This document shows positions 57,972-64,000 of a DNA stretch of 64,000 nucleotides, piece after piece; the first letter of the stretch is position 1, and every line of letters starts with the position of its first letter. The translations under genes were made by a program, and so were the position numbers. Under the pieces are notes generated by a model that did no database searches, was not told the origin of the DNA, and was given only the letters and a program-made list of their open reading frames with translations. This DNA comes from Euryarchaeota archaeon UBA171 (lineage in GTDB: Archaea; Thermoplasmatota; Poseidoniia; Poseidoniales; Thalassarchaeaceae). Location: positions 11,909 to 75,908 of the forward strand of contig DANO01000018.1 of NCBI GenBank assembly GCA_002497295.1, written 5' to 3'.

Positions 57972-60900
57972 ATGCACTCGAGAGATAGGCCGCTTACAAC
58001 GTCGGGCGCATTGATAATTATCCTACTAATTTCACTGTTCAGCCCGAGTCATTGGGCCGGTGAAGTGACTTCTGATGAGCTCACTGAGCCAGTGCCGATG
58101 ATGGAGGCAACAAGTCCAGGACATACTGTTTTCGGAGAATATGTTGGCGCGCATTGGTGCGGCCCTTGTATGAGCAGTGCGTCGCCATCGCTCGATAATC
58201 TGAAGACCTCCAACCCGGAAGACTTCACATACATTTCTTTCTTCGAATCAGCATCTGGCGGTTGGCCGAGTGATGGCCCAATCAACCGAATGAGCCATGT
58301 CACAGCCTCTTCATCCGGATATCCTACATTCTCGTTCGCCGATCAACAGTCTGGTGCTTGTTACAAGGTTGGAGCAGGCGGAACAAACTTCTACGATCCT
58401 GAATATTCGGCTGGAGGGTGCATGGACCTGTCTTCGAATGATTTCCAATTAAAATTGACAATGTCTCTGGATTCCACGACCAACGACGTTACTATAACGC
58501 TTGAATCGAAGTATGTGGGGGCACAGTCATCTGTAAACGTCTACGTTTATGGCGCGGTAACAGAGAAGATTGGAGCTGACTCATACGACAATGGTGTCAA
58601 ACCACATCACAACTGGAGGTCCTGGCTTCTCGATAGTACAAGTTCAGGTTTCCAGCAACTCACTCTTGACAAGAATGTCGCAGTCGAGCACACATGGGTC
58701 AAACCTGTTAACCTAGTTAGAACATCATCAGGATATTCTCAATGGGAAAATTTCTGGCCAGTATTCGCTTTGATGGACGGCCCCCACACAACATACAACC
58801 AGGTATATGCGGCAATCGATCCAGATATGGGCCCACTCGTCGATTTAGGCGTATCAAATTTCGGAGCAGATATCGATGGGGGCTATCCTGGGCTCATTCC
58901 CGGGGATTCAGTGTCCCTGTCTGTAACAGTTGAGAATAATGGTGCTGAAGACCACCCGGATGGGGCTGAACTGGTAATATCCTACATGGACGGACTGGAT
59001 CATGTAGAGATAGAACGCCATGATTTGCCATCCATGTACCCCGGCCAAACCATCACATTCCAGTCTACATTCGACTCATCAGTACTATCTTCGGTAGCAT
59101 CAGGAGCAGCCTCTCTCAGGGCTGCCCTCGAAGGCAGCGATTCAGATAGGGTCGATTTCAATGACAAGAATGAGATTTTCATTCCATATGACATGCCGCC
59201 TATAGCAACCAGACCAACGACAGTCGATGGCTCTGAAATATACCGTGGTGCTTCCCTGGATTTTGAACTATCAGCAATTGCAAATGATGCAGTGGATGAC
59301 ATTAGCACCATGACTGCTGAATTTGAGTACAGTCGTTCCGGGCAAAATGATTGGTCATCTGATTGGACAGATTGGGTTGGCCAGATGGGCGCGGGAGGCA
59401 ATCTCAAACTGATCCATTCCCTGCTTACTCCACTCGACGCTCCAACAGGAGACTATGATACGAGGGTCAAATGGACTGATGCACGAGGCCAATCAAGCGA
59501 GTGGCTGTCTACCGATTCTGCATTTGTGCTGAGGAATGCTATTCCTCAGGTGATATCTCCTATGGACCCCCTTCATGCCGGCATGCCCACCGTGAAGGTG
59601 GAGACGCAGGAGACCATCTCGTTGGAAGGGCTAGTATGGGACGCCGAGACACCCATCCCGACCTTGCAAATCGATAGTAACGCGCCACAGTTCAGAAGTT
59701 GGAACCCTGATACTGGGTCGGTAACTGTAGAATTTGACCGAATAATATACGATTCCACCGGCTCGCCAATTCCGCAGGGCCTGTTCATCACAATAAGCGA
59801 TGGAGAGGACTCCAATACCGGCACACTATTGTTCAATGTAATCGAGAATGGGGCGCCAAGATGGTCATCAATATCGCCACAATCGTTCGATGAAGGCGAA
59901 TCTGCAAGCCTAATCCTCACTCCTTTTCTTTCGGATACTAATGACGAGGGTGCACCCTCTAACCCATCTTTATTGAATCTCAAACTGGAGAGCGTCGAAC
60001 CACAGGAGTTCTTCGATGCGATCATTGTTGGGCATACCCTCTCTGTGAGTTCTGTGGACGAGGATTTCGTAGGAATAGCTACAGTAACGGTCAGTGCATC
60101 TGATGGAGATCAAACAACCGAGACCGCAGTCACTTTTGTCATAAACAACATCAATGACGCCCCAAGGATAGATGCTAGTGGAATCGGGAGCATGGTTGCC
60201 AAGGTCGGCAGTACAATGACAGTCTCATTGCCGATGCATGTTTCGGATGCAGATCATGAATTCAGCGAATTATGGATCGATGTCGATACATACGATGCCG
60301 GCTCCGCAACATATGACTTTGATACTGGTCTGATTACGATGAAATGGGATGAAGCAGGGACTGAACTAGTCACCATCACCGCCATTGATCCTATAGGCGA
60401 GTCTGTAACCCATATTATTGAGGTAGAAGTCGTAGACTCACTGCCCTTGACATGGGAATCGATAGGCACCCAGGGGGATATCAGCGCGTCTTTTGACACG
60501 ATGGACTACTCTACGAACCCTGTAGCCACAGTTACTGAGTTGACGAATCATGGCCTCACTAATGTTGAGATTAGATGGCAAGTATGCAATAGTCTGACAG
60601 GAGTGTGTACCGACATGGGGGCCGCCTTTGGATTTAGCCCGTTCACCGTCCAAGCGAATGAAGGTGTTGGGCTGAGAGTTGGCGACTACATCGGGCTTAC
60701 CGTAAACGCCGTAGACTCCTCAGGTTTTGATAGGAAATCCGAGATGCTCAAGACATACGCAGTAGAACCTTCCGACACAACTCAAGAGTCATCTGGCGAA
60801 GAAAAGTCGAATAGTGTATCGTCGTCCTCTTCGATGCCTTTGGTGGCGGGTGTGGCCGGCGTTCTAGCCCTGATAGGCGTCACAGCCTTCATGGTCGCCA

Positions 60901-61040
60901 CCCGTCGAAGAGAGCCTCAAGATTCTACATCTGTGTTGGCAGATGCACCCCTTCCATTGCCGCCTGAGGGGCTCCCAGAGGGGTGGACCATGGAGCAATG
61001 GCAGTACTATGGGCCAGAATACTTGCGCGGAGAACGTTGA
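57972..61040 (+). CDS. Large surface protein: thioredoxin-like (WCGPC) N-domain, CARDB/Ig-like repeats, C-terminal TM and Pro/Trp-rich tail
   Basis: Signal peptide; GEY.GAHWCGPC and GYPT; DLGV..GD.V.L.VTVEN.G; NDAP-type linkers; TM followed by RRR. Confidence 0.75.
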   Translation: MHSRDRPLTTSGALIIILLISLFSPSHWAGEVTSDELTEPVPMMEATSPGHTVFGEYVGAHWCGPCMSSASPSLDNLKTSNPEDFTYISFFESASGGWPSDGPINRMSHVTASSSGYPTFSFADQQSGACYKVGAGGTNFYDPEYSAGGCMDLSSNDFQLKLTMSLDSTTNDVTITLESKYVGAQSSVNVYVYGAVTEKIGADSYDNGVKPHHNWRSWLLDSTSSGFQQLTLDKNVAVEHTWVKPVNLVRTSSGYSQWENFWPVFALMDGPHTTYNQVYAAIDPDMGPLVDLGVSNFGADIDGGYPGLIPGDSVSLSVTVENNGAEDHPDGAELVISYMDGLDHVEIERHDLPSMYPGQTITFQSTFDSSVLSSVASGAASLRAALEGSDSDRVDFNDKNEIFIPYDMPPIATRPTTVDGSEIYRGASLDFELSAIANDAVDDISTMTAEFEYSRSGQNDWSSDWTDWVGQMGAGGNLKLIHSLLTPLDAPTGDYDTRVKWTDARGQSSEWLSTDSAFVLRNAIPQVISPMDPLHAGMPTVKVETQETISLEGLVWDAETPIPTLQIDSNAPQFRSWNPDTGSVTVEFDRIIYDSTGSPIPQGLFITISDGEDSNTGTLLFNVIENGAPRWSSISPQSFDEGESASLILTPFLSDTNDEGAPSNPSLLNLKLESVEPQEFFDAIIVGHTLSVSSVDEDFVGIATVTVSASDGDQTTETAVTFVINNINDAPRIDASGIGSMVAKVGSTMTVSLPMHVSDADHEFSELWIDVDTYDAGSATYDFDTGLITMKWDEAGTELVTITAIDPIGESVTHIIEVEVVDSLPLTWESIGTQGDISASFDTMDYSTNPVATVTELTNHGLTNVEIRWQVCNSLTGVCTDMGAAFGFSPFTVQANEGVGLRVGDYIGLTVNAVDSSGFDRKSEMLKTYAVEPSDTTQESSGEEKSNSVSSSSSMPLVAGVAGVLALIGVTAFMVATRRREPQDSTSVLADAPLPLPPEGLPEGWTMEQWQYYGPEYLRGER

Positions 61041-61103
61041 ATTGGGTGGTAACGCACCTTCAAGAAGGACCGGTCAGAGGGAGAATAGAGGAGGCGGCAT
61101 AGT

Positions 61104-63131
61104 ATGACCGGCAAAGATTCTGTTCCAGATCCACTAGAAGACTGGGAAGAAGGCTCAGCATTCGGTGTTTCTGAGGACAAAGATCCCGTCTGCACCGCTC
61201 CTGTGGAAGAATGGGTCCTCGACCTTCCGATAGAATCCACTGTCGATGTACCTATTCCTGAAAGATTGGTGGACCAGGTAATCGGTCAAGACGCTGCCTC
61301 TATTGTAGTCAGAAAGGCCTCAGAACAGAGACGTCATGTGATTATGGTCGGGGAGCCAGGAACGGGCAAGTCGATGTTAGCCCGCTCAATGACCGAGTTC
61401 CTTCCGCTCGAACAACTCGAAGACGTCCTCGTTTACCGTAACGTGGAAGATGAGAATGAACCGAAGGTGAGGACCGTACCGGCAGGAAGAGGACACAAAA
61501 TAATCTCAGAACGTAAGGCTGCAATTCGTGCACAGAGGAAGAAAACGAATCAGATGCTGCTCTTGATCGCACTTGTGGTGGGTGCAGCATTGCTCCTTGC
61601 AACAATCCAAACTGGGGACATGCTGACATTCATATTCGGTTCCTTCCTCTTGATTTTCGGATACTTTTTCCTTAGGACGAGGTTGACTGCTGGCGACGAG
61701 TCCAATATCCCGAAGCTCCTGATTAAGCATGAACGCAGCGAAGAAGCGCCCTTCATAGATGCAACAGGAACATTATCTGGTGCACTTCTCGGCGATGTGA
61801 GGCACGATCCCTTCCAGTCTGGTGCTGATTTGGCCACGCCTGCCCACGAACGCGTCGAGCCCGGAGCCGTACACAGAGCCAACAAGGGAGTTCTGTACAT
61901 CGACGAGATACGCATGCTTCGGATGGAAGAGCAACAAGCACTCCTCGTGGCCATGCAGGAGAAGGCGCTCTCGATTAGTGGCCGTTCAGAGAGGTCTTCA
62001 GGAGCACTGACAAAATCAGAGCCCGTGCCCAGTGACTTCATACTCGTCGCAGCGGGCAACTTGGATAGCATCCAACAAATGCACCCTGCACTCAGAAGCC
62101 GAATCAGGGGATACGGATACGAGGTATACGTAAACACCGACATGAAGGACACAGAGAGGAACCGGCGTAAATTGGTCCGTTTCGTGGCCCAAGAAGTTCG
62201 TAATGAGGCAAAGAGAGATTCTGGCAGATCAATTCCACATTTCGACCGCGCAGCGATCGGGATGATTCTCAAAGAAGCACAGCGCAGAAGCGGCAGGAGA
62301 GGCAAGCTTTCACTAAGGCTGCGTGAACTTGGAGGGCTGATCAGGATAGCAGGAGACCTTGCATCCGAGGACAGCAGCCCACTCACGACCACGGTTCACG
62401 TCACCAGGGCGCGTGCAATTGCAAAACCGCTTGAGCAGCAAATCGCAGACAGGTACTTGGAGCGCCAGTCCGAATATGCGATGCTCGTTAATCGAGGCAA
62501 TAGGATCGGTAGAGTGAATGGCCTTGCAGTTCTGGGCGCAGACTCTGGGCTATCTGACTTCTCCGGCGTCGTTCTTCCTGTTGAAGCCATGGTCACGCCA
62601 TCACAAGGGAGAAGCGGGCAAGTTATCGCCACGGGTGGCCTCTCTGACCTCGCCAAGGAGTCGGTCACGAATATCAGTGCAGTGGTCAAGAAATTGACTG
62701 GTAAGGACATCAAGGATTATGACCTCCACGTGCAATTCCCAGGCACTCACAACGTCGATGGCGATTCAGCCTCAATCACTATGGCAACTGCCATAATATC
62801 GGCTTTCGAAGGCATCCCTATCGATCAGAATCTTGCAATGACCGGATCACTATCGGTACGCGGCGAGGTCTTACCAATAGGCGGCGTGTCTGCAAAAATA
62901 GAGGCGGCTGTGAAATCTGGAATCGAGAGGGTCATAATACCAAGGATGAATCTTCAGGACGTTCTAATCGATGAGAAATACGAGTCAATGGTGGAAATCA
63001 TCTCCGTTGACAGTCTAGATGAAGTTCTAGAACACGCTCTCGTTGGCGAGCAAGAGAAGGTTAGCCTCGTCGAGAGGCTAGCCAAGGTTATCGACACATT
63101 CTCTTCAGTATCCGATTCAACACTAGCTTGA
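61104..63131 (+). CDS. lonB: Archaeal membrane-bound ATP-dependent protease LonB
   Basis: DQVIGQ, GEPGTGKS, TM insert, GDVRHDPFQSG, IDE, DGDSAS (catalytic Ser), AMTGSL, PIGGV.AKIEAA. Confidence 0.96.
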   Translation: MTGKDSVPDPLEDWEEGSAFGVSEDKDPVCTAPVEEWVLDLPIESTVDVPIPERLVDQVIGQDAASIVVRKASEQRRHVIMVGEPGTGKSMLARSMTEFLPLEQLEDVLVYRNVEDENEPKVRTVPAGRGHKIISERKAAIRAQRKKTNQMLLLIALVVGAALLLATIQTGDMLTFIFGSFLLIFGYFFLRTRLTAGDESNIPKLLIKHERSEEAPFIDATGTLSGALLGDVRHDPFQSGADLATPAHERVEPGAVHRANKGVLYIDEIRMLRMEEQQALLVAMQEKALSISGRSERSSGALTKSEPVPSDFILVAAGNLDSIQQMHPALRSRIRGYGYEVYVNTDMKDTERNRRKLVRFVAQEVRNEAKRDSGRSIPHFDRAAIGMILKEAQRRSGRRGKLSLRLRELGGLIRIAGDLASEDSSPLTTTVHVTRARAIAKPLEQQIADRYLERQSEYAMLVNRGNRIGRVNGLAVLGADSGLSDFSGVVLPVEAMVTPSQGRSGQVIATGGLSDLAKESVTNISAVVKKLTGKDIKDYDLHVQFPGTHNVDGDSASITMATAIISAFEGIPIDQNLAMTGSLSVRGEVLPIGGVSAKIEAAVKSGIERVIIPRMNLQDVLIDEKYESMVEIISVDSLDEVLEHALVGEQEKVSLVERLAKVIDTFSSVSDSTLA

Positions 63132-63179
63132 GAGTCAAGCACACTCAACTTGAAGACCCTTCCACCCTTCTTGTCGTTG

Positions 63180-64000
63180 ATGGCAAGGCCAAATGGCGCA
63201 GCACCCCTGACAGTGCTCTTCTTAGTGGTCTTGATTGATATGATGGGATTCACTCTCGTGATTCCCTTTCTGACTTACTTTGTACAGGATCTGGCGACAG
63301 GTGACGGATTTTCTGACATAGGTGCCCGTGATAGGTGGGTTGGCATAGTGTTCGCTACCTATACTCTTGGACAATTCCTATTCACTCCGCTGCTCGGATC
63401 CCTCTCTGATAGGTTCGGACGACGTCCGATACTGATGTTTGGACTAGCCTCCAATACGGTTTTTCTGATTGCCTTTGGTCTTGCTTCTACACTGTGGATG
63501 GCATTGATTGCCCGCTTTCTTGCTGGAGCAGGCAACGGGAATATAGCTGTGACTAAGGCATATATCGGGGATATCAGCGACAGAGAACAGCTGCCAGGTC
63601 GAATGGGCATGATCGGAGCCGCTTTCGGACTTGGATTCATGATCGGCCCATTTCTAGGTGGGGTGCTAACAGACCCAGCAGAGGTATTCGGCGGACCGTT
63701 TGCAACTGATTGGTGGGCCGCCCATCCATATTTCCTGCCTTGTCTATTCGCAGGAACCCTCTCCTTCGTCTCACTGATGCTGGCTAGTCGAATGCTTCCC
63801 GAGAGCCTCCCGGCATCGGAAAGAAAAGCCCAGGCTAAGTCAGGGGGGTTACGTGAAGTCCTCTCAAATTTGATTGGCGTAAGGGACCTTTCACCTGCTG
63901 TTAGAATTCTGATTCTAGTGAACGCCTCTTTCCTAATGGCAATAACGATGATGCACGCCACTCTGATTCTATTCACGGCGATGCCAGTAGATAACGGAGG
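63180..64000 (+). CDS. MFS transporter (DHA1/TetA-like), 3' partial
   Basis: MARPNGAAPLTVLFLVVLIDMMGFTLVIP..., motif A GSLSDRFGRRP, RFLAG, GAAFGLGF.IGP.LGG; runs off the window end. Confidence 0.9.
   Translation, partial: MARPNGAAPLTVLFLVVLIDMMGFTLVIPFLTYFVQDLATGDGFSDIGARDRWVGIVFATYTLGQFLFTPLLGSLSDRFGRRPILMFGLASNTVFLIAFGLASTLWMALIARFLAGAGNGNIAVTKAYIGDISDREQLPGRMGMIGAAFGLGFMIGPFLGGVLTDPAEVFGGPFATDWWAAHPYFLPCLFAGTLSFVSLMLASRMLPESLPASERKAQAKSGGLREVLSNLIGVRDLSPAVRILILVNASFLMAITMMHATLILFTAMPVDNG

Noticed and set aside
61550..62392. 280-aa antisense ORF
   Set aside because: Shadow of lonB.
63359..63976. 205-aa minus-strand ORF
   Set aside because: Antisense to the MFS transporter, which the track missed because it has no stop inside the window.

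Overview
Gene-dense archaeal chromosomal segment. Marker genes (RadA, Hel308, Rpo6/RpoK, Csl4, NMD3, LonB, RqcH, archaeal-type AspRS, an A1-U72 initiator tRNA) together with large acidic surface proteins, CtaA/CtaB and many bacterial-type metabolic genes fit a Marine Group II (Poseidoniales)-like euryarchaeon; this taxonomic call is inference. About 50 CDSs and one tRNA; no CRISPR array, rRNA, integrase or transposase was seen. Most notable: (1) exosome subunit Csl4 fused to a CxxC-x17-CxxC zinc finger and an RRM; (2) a tightly coupled formyltransferase-SDR-luciferase-like monooxygenase-asparaginase II-like-ALDH8-like operon, possibly a variant tryptophan/kynurenine catabolic module; (3) a CcmA-CcmB fusion, CcmC and a 52-aa CcmD-like ORF missing from the ORF track; (4) twin palindromes, each exactly 47 bp upstream of the start codons of a divergent membrane-anchored regulator and lipoprotein pair; (5) an M29 aminopeptidase homolog lacking most metal ligands; (6) a recurring TT(C/G)A(A/T) element about 30 nt upstream of many starts. 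All family calls come from motif recognition by eye; no database search was run.
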